The notes under the pieces are model-generated. The model had not been told where the DNA came from. It saw only the letters and a list, made by a program, of their open reading frames with translations, and searched no databases. 64,000 nucleotides of DNA from Rubripirellula sp. (GTDB lineage: Bacteria > Planctomycetota > Planctomycetia > Pirellulales > Pirellulaceae): positions 4,864,001 through 4,928,000 of the forward strand of contig OZ244207.1 in the NCBI GenBank assembly GCA_965216875.1, written 5' to 3'. The translations under genes were made by a program, and so were the position numbers. Numbering within the stretch: the first letter of the stretch is position 1; every line of letters starts with the position of its first letter. This document shows, piece after piece, positions 1-9,908 of the stretch.

Positions 1-852
1 AGGCGTGATCCCAAAGTCGAACCAGAACACGTCGGGTTGATACTTGTCGACCAATTCACAAGTTCGTGCCAACCAATCATCTTTGAACTGCTTGTCTTGG
101 GGGACAAACTTCTCTTGGTAATTCCAAGCGTCCTTTTCGAAAAGGAATGGCATCGGACGACCATAAAGCCGAGCCCATTTCGGGTTCGAGTTGTCGTACT
201 CTTTGCTACGAACGTAGAACATCCAATTGAAGGCACGGTGGCTGCTGACGCCAAATTTCAATCCTTCGTTGCGAACCGCACTAGCGAGTTCTGCGATCAC
301 ATCTCGCTTTGGCCCCATCTCCGACGCGTCCCACTCGGTGAACGAACAGTCGTACATTGGGAATCCGTCGTGATGCTCGGCAACAGGAATCACGTAGCGA
401 GCGCCGGTGTCCTTAAAAAGCTTGGCCCACTCGGCCGCATCAAACTTCTCGGCTTTGAATTGTGGAATGAAATCCTTATATCCAAAGTCCTTTTGCTTGC
501 CGTATTTGTCGACATGGTGTTGAAAGAAGTTGTCGCCACGACGGTCAAGGTCGATGTACATTTGGCGCGGATACCATTCACTGCCGAAAGCAGGAACGCT
601 GTAGGCACCCCAGTGAATGAAGATTCCGAACTTGGCATCTTTGTACCACTGCGGAATTTCATACTTTTCAAGTGAGTCCCAAGCGGGCTTGTAGGGACCG
701 TGGTCAACCGCGTGTTGAATCTTCTCGAGCGCTGGAGCAACGGCAGGATGTGGTTTCAGTGGATCGGCGGCCGAGGCCGTCGAATTTTGCGTCGCGACTT
801 GAAGCATCAAGACCGCTGACAGCGTCAAAACATGGAACGTTTTGGAGAACAT
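1..852 (-). CDS. alpha-L-fucosidase (GH29), 5' part; runs off the window start
   Basis: Absent from the ORF track because there is no stop in the window. Manual translation from ATG 852 gives MFSKTFHVLTLSAVLMLQVA (signal peptide)...WDSLEKYEIPQWYKDAKFGIFIHWGAYSVP...SEWY...PDVFWFDFG, which contains the GH29 KFGIFIHWG and WFD nucleophile motifs. Confidence 0.92.
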   Translation of the reverse strand, partial: MFSKTFHVLTLSAVLMLQVATQNSTASAADPLKPHPAVAPALEKIQHAVDHGPYKPAWDSLEKYEIPQWYKDAKFGIFIHWGAYSVPAFGSEWYPRQMYIDLDRRGDNFFQHHVDKYGKQKDFGYKDFIPQFKAEKFDAAEWAKLFKDTGARYVIPVAEHHDGFPMYDCSFTEWDASEMGPKRDVIAELASAVRNEGLKFGVSSHRAFNWMFYVRSKEYDNSNPKWARLYGRPMPFLFEKDAWNYQEKFVPQDKQFKDDWLARTCELVDKYQPDVFWFDFGITP

Positions 853-1035
853 GAATATTGGCCGCACGATGAGTTGGTTGGATAACAGGTTGGATGGTTT
901 GAGGCTGGAGACGTGTGCTTTTCGGGCAATGAGCCCTGGAATTGGCAAACTCTCCAACGTTGTGAAGCTGGTTTTGGGAGAGCGATGAGCGGTACCCAGA
1001 AAACACGGCTTTTTCCGGAGATTTCCCTCCTTCGT

Positions 1036-1098
1036 ATTCTGGTTTATGAGAATTCGAATCCCATAGCCAAGGTTACTCGCTGATAGCCATTGTTAACC
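1036..1098 (-). promoter_or_regulatory. Putative AraC-activated promoter of the fucosidase gene
   Basis: ATAGCCA direct repeats at 1063-1069 and 1083-1089. On the minus strand this reads TGGCTAT-N21-CAGAAT (-10-like). The same arrangement occurs at 5823-5887. Confidence 0.65.
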
Positions 1099-1136
1099 GA
1101 CTCGAAAAAAGCGAACCAACCAGTGTGCAAATGTAA

Positions 1137-4112
1137 CTACTCGGCAAACCGAAAAGCTTCTTGGCCCTGCACAATCACGTAGTGGCCACCTGGGCGAACG
1201 CCAACCTCTTGGATGTCGCCATTGGGCCATGCGATCGACATTTCAATCGGCGTCTCGTCATTGGCAAAATTGCCGAGACCAAAGTGCAGCATCCGCTGGT
1301 TGGCACAGTAGAACCCGTCACCGGATACCAAAGGTGCAGTCTTCTTTTTGCCACCGGCGGTCAATTGCACTGTCGCACCGATGGGATCGCGCGTATCCGA
1401 AACACCAACAAGCTCGACGCGAAGCCAACCGTGCTCGGTTTCCGTTCGATTCATGAGCAGGGCAAAGGGCTCGCCCTGATGCGTGATCGCCATATCGTTT
1501 CGGCCATCACGGTCTGCATCCATCCACCAAAGACCGCGGCCGACATGAGGACGACTCAAGTAGCCCTTCGATGCCGAGAGATCAAACAATTCATAGCGTT
1601 TGTCGCCGGCGCGGCGGATGATCTGCATCTTTTGTTTGTAGGTGATCGGCGGCTCGACATCCTTGTAGACGTGCCCATTCGCGATCGCGACTTCTAGATT
1701 CGAATCATTGTCGAAATCGATTGCTTGGCAGCCGAATCCAAGCAGTGAAAAGCTGGCTTGCATCAACCCGAGTGCCTGGGTCGTGTCGGTCCACACTCCT
1801 TGATGCGTTTGCTCATAGAACGTGTTGTGCTCTTCTTCAAAATTGGTGACGAAGAAATCGATGTCGCCATCATCATCCAGGTCTGCCGTCGCCACGCCCA
1901 TGCATGCTTGAGGACGTCCGCGAGCCTCGAATGCAAGCCCGCGCAGCGTCGCTGATTCGACGAGCGAAAACTCGTCGTTTCCAGAGGGGCTCCAGAAGTG
2001 GTTGGCAGTCATGTCGTTTGCAACAAAGACATCCAATCCGGGCCGGGTATCAAGTGCACCGATCACCACACCTAACCCGCGCCCCATTTGTCCGGGCACG
2101 GCCGACCATGCGTCGGTCACTTCGCGAAAGCCACCTTCAGGTGTGCCAACGTAAAACGAATCTCGTTCAGCGGCAAACTTGGTCGGCAGGCAGGGGCTGA
2201 CTTCATTGGTTTCAGGATCGTGACAGGGAATCTCAACCGCATTCATTCCCGCACAATATTTCAGGCAGACAAAATCGGTGATCCCATCCTGATTGATGTC
2301 GGCAAGCGCGCCACTTGTCGACCACGAAACGTCCGCGCCGGTATCGAGCCACTGGCTTCGATCCGAAAACGTCCCATCGCCGTTGTTGATCAACAATCGA
2401 TCCTTGCCATAGTTCATCACCACGATGTCGTGAAAACCATCCTCGTTGACATCTCCGAAGGTGACACCTTGGGCGAATCCTTGATCGAAAGCCCCGGCGA
2501 GGTCGGTCACCTCGGCAAAGTGGCCATGCAGATTTCGAAACAGCTGATTCGGCCGGGAATTATTTTCCCCGGGCTTGCCACCTGGGTAGGCGATGTAGAT
2601 ATCGGGCCAACCATCCAGGTCGTAGTCAACGGCGCAGCCGCCCGATTCCATCTGCGCATAAAGCGGAATGCCCTCAATCGACGTCGCCTGGCTTGAACTG
2701 ACATTCTTGACCAATCCACGCTCTTGCGCTTCATCAACGAGCACGGGCGTGACCGAGGGAGCTGAAAAGCCACTCTCAACGAGGGCGTCTTGGCTTGATT
2801 CAATTCGGGGAACGGGAAACCCGCTCAAGTCGAGCGACACCACCGGATGCCCCGCCTCGAGCTGCCAAGGCGTTTCGGAGGTTAGAAGTTTGACAACTTC
2901 GCCGCGGTACGCTTGCACCTTTGCGACATCGTCATCCGGTATGGTCATTGCGAACGCCAGCCATGCCTCGGCTTCCCAAAGACGCCCCAGCTCAACAAGC
3001 GACCTTGCAACATCGACGACGATCGCATTGGACGTGTTGCCAAGTTTGTAGAACCGTTCTTTGTCTTGCATGAACCGCACGAGCAGTTCGGCTCGCGCGT
3101 TGACCGCTTCCACATCGCTAGGATTGATTGCTTCACCCTCTTGTTGAAGGATCAGCATGCTACGACCAAGTCGTGTGAAAATCTCGCCGTGATCGAGATT
3201 CCTTCGCGCAGCTTCCCAATACGCTCGCACGGCTTCTTTGTGCTGTGACCTGTGACTGGCATAGTCACCGAGGGTTGCCCAATACTGCCATGTATCTTTG
3301 GCTTCTTCGCCAACAATGCCGCTCCATTTATCGAGCCGATCATATTGGCCGGACGCAATCAAATACTGGCCGAACAACAATTGGGCCGCAACGTTGTCGG
3401 GATACTGCTTCAGGATTTCGTCGAGCGGTTCTTCGATCCCATCCCACAGCCCTCGATCAAAGCGTGTCCTCACTTCCGCGATCCTCAATCGACAATCACT
3501 TGGATTGCGTTTGTGAAGCGTCGCCATCGAGCCAGCTTCGAGGTCGCGTTGTTCGTAGGTGCTTAGCGAAAACAAAAGGACGCGGTCGAACTGGCGTTGT
3601 CGCACCAGATAGCGTCCATGAGGCGTTGCCCGATGACTCTCTTCGATATTGACAAGAAAATCGAAGAGGTATCGTCGCAGCGCATGACGCTCGGGGTACT
3701 TCTCAACAATGGGCTCGAGAAACTTGATCGCGTCGTAGAGGCGACCGAGCGTGATCAAACCAATGACCGCTCGATTGGCCAGGGTTTCATTCTTGAACTG
3801 ATCACTCGTGCTTGCTTCGACCATCAAGTCGACCGCTTCGCTTGCACGATTGTTTGCGAAGGCGATGTCTGCAGCGATCTGCAAGACTTCCACATCGCTT
3901 GGATTGGCGGCCAGAAGTTTGCGAACAAGAACGTCCGCGTCGGCATACCGTTCTTGAGAAACGGCAATTTGAACCTGTTCAAGCGGCGAAACGCCGCCCT
4001 GATCCGAGGGCGGCGTTTCTGCTTGTTCGCTTGGCTTACTACAAGAGACCAGAACTCCCATTCCAAGGACCAAAGCCAAGGTCAGGAGTATCGAAAATGG
4101 CCGATGTTTCAT
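1137..4112 (-). CDS. TPR + FG-GAP/CRTAC1 + ASPIC/UnbV domain lipoprotein
   Basis: 991 aa. Lipobox LVSC, TPR-like helical N-terminal half, repeated DxDxDGxxD motifs (DYDLDGWPD, DVNEDGFHD, DLDDDGDID) and a C-terminal GATV...LHFGLG...WPNG ASPIC/UnbV signature. Confidence 0.88.
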   Translation of the reverse strand: MKHRPFSILLTLALVLGMGVLVSCSKPSEQAETPPSDQGGVSPLEQVQIAVSQERYADADVLVRKLLAANPSDVEVLQIAADIAFANNRASEAVDLMVEASTSDQFKNETLANRAVIGLITLGRLYDAIKFLEPIVEKYPERHALRRYLFDFLVNIEESHRATPHGRYLVRQRQFDRVLLFSLSTYEQRDLEAGSMATLHKRNPSDCRLRIAEVRTRFDRGLWDGIEEPLDEILKQYPDNVAAQLLFGQYLIASGQYDRLDKWSGIVGEEAKDTWQYWATLGDYASHRSQHKEAVRAYWEAARRNLDHGEIFTRLGRSMLILQQEGEAINPSDVEAVNARAELLVRFMQDKERFYKLGNTSNAIVVDVARSLVELGRLWEAEAWLAFAMTIPDDDVAKVQAYRGEVVKLLTSETPWQLEAGHPVVSLDLSGFPVPRIESSQDALVESGFSAPSVTPVLVDEAQERGLVKNVSSSQATSIEGIPLYAQMESGGCAVDYDLDGWPDIYIAYPGGKPGENNSRPNQLFRNLHGHFAEVTDLAGAFDQGFAQGVTFGDVNEDGFHDIVVMNYGKDRLLINNGDGTFSDRSQWLDTGADVSWSTSGALADINQDGITDFVCLKYCAGMNAVEIPCHDPETNEVSPCLPTKFAAERDSFYVGTPEGGFREVTDAWSAVPGQMGRGLGVVIGALDTRPGLDVFVANDMTANHFWSPSGNDEFSLVESATLRGLAFEARGRPQACMGVATADLDDDGDIDFFVTNFEEEHNTFYEQTHQGVWTDTTQALGLMQASFSLLGFGCQAIDFDNDSNLEVAIANGHVYKDVEPPITYKQKMQIIRRAGDKRYELFDLSASKGYLSRPHVGRGLWWMDADRDGRNDMAITHQGEPFALLMNRTETEHGWLRVELVGVSDTRDPIGATVQLTAGGKKKTAPLVSGDGFYCANQRMLHFGLGNFANDETPIEMSIAWPNGDIQEVGVRPGGHYVIVQGQEAFRFAE

Positions 4113-4131
4113 CGACGTCTAAGACCCAAAC

Positions 4132-4326
4132 CTAGTTTGAGAATTCTTTATCGGCTTTCTGAGCCTCTTCTGCCTGCATGAAGCCCTTGTTGGACTCAGC
4201 TTGCAGCTGCTTGTACTCATCAATGGCTTCCTGAGACGCGCCGTCCACCGTATTGGTTGGCTCGCTACTGCATCCAATAAAGGTCAGGCAGGGAACCAAA
4301 GCGAGCAGGGCAAACAATTTTTTCAT
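4132..4326 (-). CDS. Small lipoprotein downstream of the DUF1559 gene
   Basis: 64 aa. MKK, a hydrophobic stretch and a FIGC lipobox; typical partner of planctomycete DUF1559 genes. Confidence 0.8.
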   Translation of the reverse strand: MKKLFALLALVPCLTFIGCSSEPTNTVDGASQEAIDEYKQLQAESNKGFMQAEEAQKADKEFSN

Positions 4327-4362
4327 TGAATCGGAAATGGTTGAGTTGTGTTGGGTAGATAT

Positions 4363-4402
4363 AAAAACAGCCGCATGCCAACCCGAAGGCTGACATGCGG
4401 CT
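4363..4402 (-). terminator. Intrinsic terminator or stabilising hairpin after the DUF1559 gene
   Basis: Minus strand AGCCGCATGTCAGCC-TTCG-GGTTGGCATGCGGCT-GTTTTT: 15-bp stem with G-U pairs, cUUCGg loop and U-tract. Confidence 0.8.
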
Positions 4403-4417
4403 ACTCGTTCAGGATCG

Positions 4418-5677
4418 CTATTGATTCAGCTCTTCCTCGATTTGCTCTTTGTTAGCTCGAGTTCCCAGAGCTCCCCACAATCCGTAGGGGCTTTGTTCAC
4501 CCGGGCCACGCCAGCGATGACGACCACCACAGACGGCGAGGTCGCCACACTCAACGGCACCAGCTTCGATCGAGTCAGTCATGAAGATCACAGCACCATC
4601 GGCCATCAGCACGTGAACACCACCTTGGTGACGGCTCGATGCGGTGTACCAACCTGAGTTACCAGCGTTCTGCTCGGTGCAGATTTCGCGGTTAGGTGGC
4701 AGTGCGGTGAAGAAACCACTGAAGTTAGGACGATGCGATGCCCAACGGAAACCACGTCCGTCACCAGCACCAACAACTGCTTGGCCAGGAGCCCAGAATT
4801 GTGGACGCTCTGGGTCAACCAAAGGCTGACATTCGGTTGGCAACATGTTACGCACAAATGACCAACCACGTGAGGTTGCGATGGTTCGCTTGTCGCGGTC
4901 ACCCAAGTCGGTTGCGATTTCACCAGCCATGACGGTGTTGGAAAGACCATCAAGGATGTCACGGAACTTCATGTGCTTGTGCACAACGAAGACACCGCGG
5001 CCAGCTGCGCGAATTTCGATCGCGAGGTTCTGGCTGATGTTCGGCGGAACACCAAGTGGTGCTGTGCCGTTGGACCAGTCACCCGATTGAGCTCGCTCGG
5101 GCGAGTCACCAAGGCAACATGCGTAGTTGGTTCGACCCAAAGAAGGCAAACCCGTTCCTGGATCGCTTGGGCAGCGGAACGTTGGGACTTGAGTCGCCCA
5201 AGGTGTGTAACCGATTTCGCCAGGAGTTGGACCCATTGGTGGGAAAGGTGCGCCACTTGCGCGAGTTGCTTGTGCGCCACCGTTTCCACTTGGATCAGGA
5301 GGGCTGTTTCCGAACGCGTCTGTGTTCAGCGGATTCGAAATGGTTTCCCACAACGCTTGTTGCTCGCAGAACGGAAGCAAACCAACCAAGTAGCTCAACT
5401 GGCCATTGTTGGAGATTTCCGATGGACGCCAAACGTGTTGCGTGATTTGGTCAGTCGTACCACCGCCATAAACTGGCAACTGCTTGTAAGCAGAGTGGTA
5501 GTTGTGAGCAGCCAAACCAATTTGCTTGAAGTTGTTACTGCAGCTCATTCGACGAGCGGCTTCACGTGCAGCTTGAACCGCAGGAAGCAACAGGCCAACA
5601 AGCACACCAATGATCGCGATGACGACCAGCAGTTCGACCAGAGTAAAACCTGATCGCGCCGACTTTTTCAACGGCAT
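4418..5677 (-). CDS. DUF1559 prepilin-type N-terminal cleavage/methylation protein
   Basis: [14 protein letters not shown] prepilin site, [25 protein letters not shown] and C-terminal H-X9-DG ([12 protein letters not shown]). Confidence 0.95.
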   Translation of the reverse strand: MPLKKSARSGFTLVELLVVIAIIGVLVGLLLPAVQAAREAARRMSCSNNFKQIGLAAHNYHSAYKQLPVYGGGTTDQITQHVWRPSEISNNGQLSYLVGLLPFCEQQALWETISNPLNTDAFGNSPPDPSGNGGAQATRASGAPFPPMGPTPGEIGYTPWATQVPTFRCPSDPGTGLPSLGRTNYACCLGDSPERAQSGDWSNGTAPLGVPPNISQNLAIEIRAAGRGVFVVHKHMKFRDILDGLSNTVMAGEIATDLGDRDKRTIATSRGWSFVRNMLPTECQPLVDPERPQFWAPGQAVVGAGDGRGFRWASHRPNFSGFFTALPPNREICTEQNAGNSGWYTASSRHQGGVHVLMADGAVIFMTDSIEAGAVECGDLAVCGGRHRWRGPGEQSPYGLWGALGTRANKEQIEEELNQ

Positions 5678-5822
5678 TTTCTAGACCTCTCAGAAAAAGA
5701 AAAATTGAACAATGCTTATTGCTCCGAGATCCAGAAAACCATTTGACGTGCACCCGGTTTTTCCGGAAAACATGCCGAATAGCGAGCAGAATGTAACCAC
5801 TGGTTCGGAGCTTGCGTGTTAA

Positions 5823-5887
5823 ATCTTAACTCAGGCGTTAAAGTGAGCCATAGCCAGAGATAAACGCAACATAGCCATTATTACCCT
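5823..5887 (-). promoter_or_regulatory. Putative AraC-activated promoter of the DUF1559 cassette
   Basis: ATAGCCA repeats at 5850-5856 and 5871-5877 (21-bp period). The minus strand reads TGGCTAT-N21-TAAGAT. It lies between the DUF1559 gene and the divergent AraC-family gene. Confidence 0.65.
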
Positions 5888-5924
5888 TGTGCACACTTGG
5901 CAGTGCGCTGGATTCCCACCTTAA

Positions 5925-6818
5925 TTGAGCGAGATCTTGAGCAGCGACCCGTACTTTATTTCGCGACAAACTTTCGACGCGAGACGCTTTTACTTGGACC
6001 TCAATCCACCACGCGACCAACCACTCGTTGTGGTGTGTGGGGGGGTTGAACGAACCCATCCCGATTACGTTGTTGAACGTTCGGATTTCCCGTATTTCGG
6101 CATCGAACTAGTCACAGAGGGTAATGGTCACCTAACCCTGTCAGACGAGCACTTTCGTTTGCAGCGCGGTGTCGTATTTGCCTACGGACCTGGCATCGAA
6201 CATCGCATCGAAAATAAATCATCCGATGGGATGAGAAAGTATTTCCTTGACTTCGTTGGGACCGATGGTGAGTCACTTTTGAAAGCGGCTGGACTGTTGG
6301 ATGGCAAACCAATCCTTGCAAGCGGCATAATCGAATTTACCGATCTTTGGAACGCCATCGATCGCGAAGCGCGCGAGAAGAGCGACGTCTCACGAGAGAT
6401 CTGCCAATCCCTTGCACGCATCCTGTTGCTCAAGATCCAACAGCGGCGCGTCAACGACGGAACGCACGCACCGACGGCGTTTCGCACCTACGAAACGGTC
6501 CGACAGTTCATCGAAGAGAACTACATGAAGGTCTCCACCGTGGAACAAGTGGCGGAAGCCTGTGGCATCAGCCCGGTCTACGTCTCAAGACTCTTCAAAC
6601 GTTACTCCGCTACCGGCGCCTATCAGTTCCTATTGCGTCTACGAATGAACCACGCGGCCGACTTGCTGATGAAACATGGCCTGCTTGTTCGCGAAGTCGC
6701 AGACTCACTCGGCTTTGCTGATGCGTTTCAGTTCTCGCGCGCATTTAAACGCGTTTACGGAGTTGCCCCCAGCTCGCTCGTCGATTCGCGCCAAAGAGGC
6801 AATGGAGGCGTGGGATAG
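5925..6818 (+). CDS. AraC family transcriptional regulator
   Basis: Cupin-like N-terminal domain and C-terminal double HTH (VEQVAEACGISPVYVSRLFK ... VREVADSLGFADAFQFSRAFKRVYGVAPS). Confidence 0.93.
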   Translation: MSEILSSDPYFISRQTFDARRFYLDLNPPRDQPLVVVCGGVERTHPDYVVERSDFPYFGIELVTEGNGHLTLSDEHFRLQRGVVFAYGPGIEHRIENKSSDGMRKYFLDFVGTDGESLLKAAGLLDGKPILASGIIEFTDLWNAIDREAREKSDVSREICQSLARILLLKIQQRRVNDGTHAPTAFRTYETVRQFIEENYMKVSTVEQVAEACGISPVYVSRLFKRYSATGAYQFLLRLRMNHAADLLMKHGLLVREVADSLGFADAFQFSRAFKRVYGVAPSSLVDSRQRGNGGVG

Positions 6819-6989
6819 GCGACTTACAGGCAGCTGACGCGATGCAGGAAACACTCTGACGGCACATGACCGACGCAGTTCTTTTTCTCAAAGAATTCAT
6901 TGCGGCCCGATGCGAAATCTGTCGCAGATCTCTTTGCAGGTCAATGCATGGACTTGCGTGTTTTTCACACCGCAACCGGGGGAACGGAC

Positions 6990-7232
6990 ATGCAAATTCG
7001 AATCAATCAAGCGCGCCAACAACTTGCCAAAGCCGGCATCACTCTGGGAACGGCACAGCCTCAGCCGGAATCGCCAGACACGTTGCATTTCGAAGCACTG
7101 ACACCACTCGGAACTCGCATGCTTTTGGCCGGCAGAGACATCGTCGCCCTGCTGAAAGACCTCGGAATGATCGAGCCTGCGAAAAGGCAACACGCGATCG
7201 AGAATCGATCAGGAATGAGCCGCACGCGTTAG
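6990..7232 (+). CDS. Hypothetical protein (80 aa)
   Basis: ATG 6990 is preceded by purine-rich GGGGGAACGGAC. The sequence MQIRINQARQQL... looks protein-like and its 3' end runs into a REP element. Confidence 0.45.
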   Translation: MQIRINQARQQLAKAGITLGTAQPQPESPDTLHFEALTPLGTRMLLAGRDIVALLKDLGMIEPAKRQHAIENRSGMSRTR

Positions 7233-7291
7233 CGTCGGGCCTTACATTCTTTTTGATTTCGCAGGGCCCGACGCTAGCGCGTTCGGCTCAC
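7216..7291. repeat. Inverted pair of REP-like units, family D (TGAGCCGAACGCGCTAGCGTCGGGCC)
   Basis: The same unit recurs at about 33356, 33501, 47470, 59321, 59373, 63033 and 63083. Confidence 0.85.
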
Positions 7292-7340
7292 ATAAGACTC
7301 AGACCTCCATGACACTGCAGCGGGGCGGTAAAGTAGGTCC

Positions 7341-7874
7341 TTGGGTTGGACCTCCCCAACCGAACCAACGACGCGCCCTCAAGCCTTCAACAAAGTGACC
7401 GAACTTCTCCGGCAACATCAAACGCTGATTTGGTGGATTGCTGCAATCTCGGCAGTCGCATTCGTTGCAAGCTTGGTTCTTGTGCCGCTGCTCGCTGTAC
7501 GGATCCCAAGCGATTACTTTGCTAGTCGCAAGAAGCCGCGATCCAAACTCGCTGAGAACCATCCGCTGCTTCGCTTGATGATCGTCGTTTCCAAGAACGT
7601 TGCCGGCATTGCTCTGCTGTTATCGGGCATCGCAATGCTGCTGCTTCCCGGGCAAGGCTTGCTAACGATTGCGATTGGCCTGTTGCTCATGGACTTTCCT
7701 GGCAAACATCGCCTCGAGCGCCGCGTTGCCAAGTCACGTCCCGTGCGACGTTCAATCAACTGGATTCGAAAGAAACGAAACGTGCCACCGCTTCAGTTCG
7801 AAGTCGACACCCCGATCGACAACACGTCCGCTGCGATGACATCCTCGCGCACCAAAACGCAAGACGAACTTTAA
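7341..7874 (+). CDS. PGPGW-type putative transmembrane protein
   Basis: Three hydrophobic segments and an LLPGQGLLTI motif. The start codon is uncertain. Confidence 0.75.
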   Translation: MGWTSPTEPTTRPQAFNKVTELLRQHQTLIWWIAAISAVAFVASLVLVPLLAVRIPSDYFASRKKPRSKLAENHPLLRLMIVVSKNVAGIALLLSGIAMLLLPGQGLLTIAIGLLLMDFPGKHRLERRVAKSRPVRRSINWIRKKRNVPPLQFEVDTPIDNTSAAMTSSRTKTQDEL

Positions 7875-9523
7875 GAGACGACTTGTTGTGGTGCGGCCTT
7901 GGGCGCGTCAACAAGCGGAAGCGTGAAGCTAAAGATGGTGCCACACGGTTGGTTGGGCGCCGCCGAGATTGCTCCGCCATGGTCTTCGATAATCGTGCGG
8001 CTAATCGCCAACCCCATACCCAAGCCTGATTCCTTCGTGGTATTGAAGGGTTCAAACAACGCGACACCACTTGGAATTCCTGATCCCAGGTCGGCAACGG
8101 ACGTTCTCAAGAACTGGTCATCGGCGTGCACGGTTAAGGTGATTTCGCGTTGTTCCAAAGGCACATCGCTCATGGAATCACAGGCGTTGTGAATCAAATT
8201 CACAACCACTTGCTGGATTTGAACCGGATTGACGAGCACGTCTGGCAGCGACATGTCCGCATCGAAAATCACGCGTACACTGCGTGAGCGCGTTTCAAAG
8301 CGAACCAGTTCAATCGAGTCACGAATCAATTCATCAACGCACCGCAATTCGCGTTCGCCCGGAGAACGTTCGGCAAACCCACGCAACCCGCGAATGATGT
8401 CCGATGCCGAGACCGTCGCTTCCGAGATCTTTGCCAGGTAGTCGAGTGCCGTCGCTGGGTCACAATCCCCCTCTTGAGACAACAAGTTCCTTGCGGCCGA
8501 TGCATAGTTCATGATCACCGCCAACGGTTGCTTCACTTCATGAGCGATCCCTGCCACCATCTCGCCCATGAACGACAGGCGTCCGATGTGATTGAGTTCG
8601 CGTTGCTTATCGCGCAGCGTCTCATCCGCTTCGACTTGGTCGGTAATATCTTCTTGGACACCAATAAAATGCGAGGCTTGGCCATTGGGGCCCGTGACTG
8701 GCGAGATCGTCAATCGATTCCAAAACATCGATCCGTCTTTGCGATAGTTTCGCAACGTCACCTGACACGATTTGCAGTCGCGCAGTGCTTCGCGAACAAT
8801 CTCGAGCGCCGGTTGGCTACGGTCATCGCCGGATAGGAACCGACAGTTCGTGCCCAGCACTTCCGCGGCTGAATAGCCAGTCATCTCTTCGAATGCACGG
8901 TTGCAATAAACCAGCTGCTGGTCGTGGTCTGCGAGCGAGATGGTGATGCCGTTTGACGCCGAATCGAGCGCACGCCCCCGAATCCGCAGTTCCGATTGTG
9001 CTTGATTGAGCTCGTCAAGACGTCGCTGAAGATCGGAGTTGGCGCGTTCAAGCTCCGCAACTTTGGCTTCCAACTTTTGGTTCAAGACTCGCGAATAATT
9101 GCGCAGGTACTCTTTCTCGTCCAACACCGCAGCGTCGCCACCATTGCGTTTCTCGTTGGCGTCGAGCACTGCACTTAGTCGCTGGACAAGTTGTTCAACG
9201 CCGATCGGCTTTTCGATAAAGTCGGCTGCTCCGATGTCGAGCGCCAAACGCCGATCATCTTCCGAATCAAAAACGGCACTGTAAAAAACAAAGGGAATGT
9301 GTTGAAGCGCCGGGTCCGTTTTCCATTGACGGCAAAACGCGTAGCCGTCGGTGCCCGGCATCAAAATATCAGACACAACGAGATCGGGCGGATTACCTCG
9401 AGCCAACTCGAGTGCAGAGGCAGCCGTATCGGTTGTCGACACCTGGAAACCATTGGACGTCAACAACGTCTCCAGCATGTAAAGGTTCTTTGCCTCGTCA
9501 TCGACAACCAGCACGTGCCTCAT
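7871..9523 (-). CDS. Hybrid sensor kinase: receiver - coiled coil - LOV(PAS) - HisKA - HATPase
   Basis: Receiver motifs VLVVDD, SDILMPGTDG and FIEKP. LOV motifs GTNCRFLSG, NYRKDGSMFWN and FIGVQEDIT. H-box IAHEVKQPL, NLIHNA, DLGSG and GLGMGLAI. Confidence 0.92.
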   Translation of the reverse strand: MRHVLVVDDEAKNLYMLETLLTSNGFQVSTTDTAASALELARGNPPDLVVSDILMPGTDGYAFCRQWKTDPALQHIPFVFYSAVFDSEDDRRLALDIGAADFIEKPIGVEQLVQRLSAVLDANEKRNGGDAAVLDEKEYLRNYSRVLNQKLEAKVAELERANSDLQRRLDELNQAQSELRIRGRALDSASNGITISLADHDQQLVYCNRAFEEMTGYSAAEVLGTNCRFLSGDDRSQPALEIVREALRDCKSCQVTLRNYRKDGSMFWNRLTISPVTGPNGQASHFIGVQEDITDQVEADETLRDKQRELNHIGRLSFMGEMVAGIAHEVKQPLAVIMNYASAARNLLSQEGDCDPATALDYLAKISEATVSASDIIRGLRGFAERSPGERELRCVDELIRDSIELVRFETRSRSVRVIFDADMSLPDVLVNPVQIQQVVVNLIHNACDSMSDVPLEQREITLTVHADDQFLRTSVADLGSGIPSGVALFEPFNTTKESGLGMGLAISRTIIEDHGGAISAAPNQPCGTIFSFTLPLVDAPKAAPQQVVS

Positions 9524-9536
9524 TTGTTGACTCTCC

Positions 9537-9908
9537 CTATTTCAAACCCAAATGCCGCTCGATCTCATCGCCAAACGAATCGGGCTGGATGGGCTTTTCG
9601 ATGTAAGCCACGCACCCCGCTTCGATCGAACGTTCGCGATCACCTGGCATCGCATGCGATGTCACCGCGATGATGGGGACCCCGTCGAGTGTTTCGATTG
9701 CCGTCAGCTCTTGGGCAACTTCATAGCCACTCATTCCAGGCAATTGGATATCCAAGAGAATGAGGTCCGGTGGGTTCTCCTGGGCCAGGCGAATCCCTTC
9801 GGCACCATCACGGGCTTCAACAACCTTTAACCCGCGATCGCGCAAGATGTAACTGACCAAATAGGCATTGGCCTCGTTGTCTTCGATGATCAGAACGGTC
9901 TTGCTCAT
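9537..9908 (-). CDS. Single-domain response regulator (DivK/CheY-like)
   Basis: 123 aa. LIIEDN, LLDIQLPGMSG, AVTS and YIEKP motifs. Confidence 0.93.
   Translation of the reverse strand: MSKTVLIIEDNEANAYLVSYILRDRGLKVVEARDGAEGIRLAQENPPDLILLDIQLPGMSGYEVAQELTAIETLDGVPIIAVTSHAMPGDRERSIEAGCVAYIEKPIQPDSFGDEIERHLGLK

Noticed and set aside
37..675. 212-aa plus-strand ORF
   Set aside because: It is the antisense shadow of the GH29 fucosidase on the minus strand.
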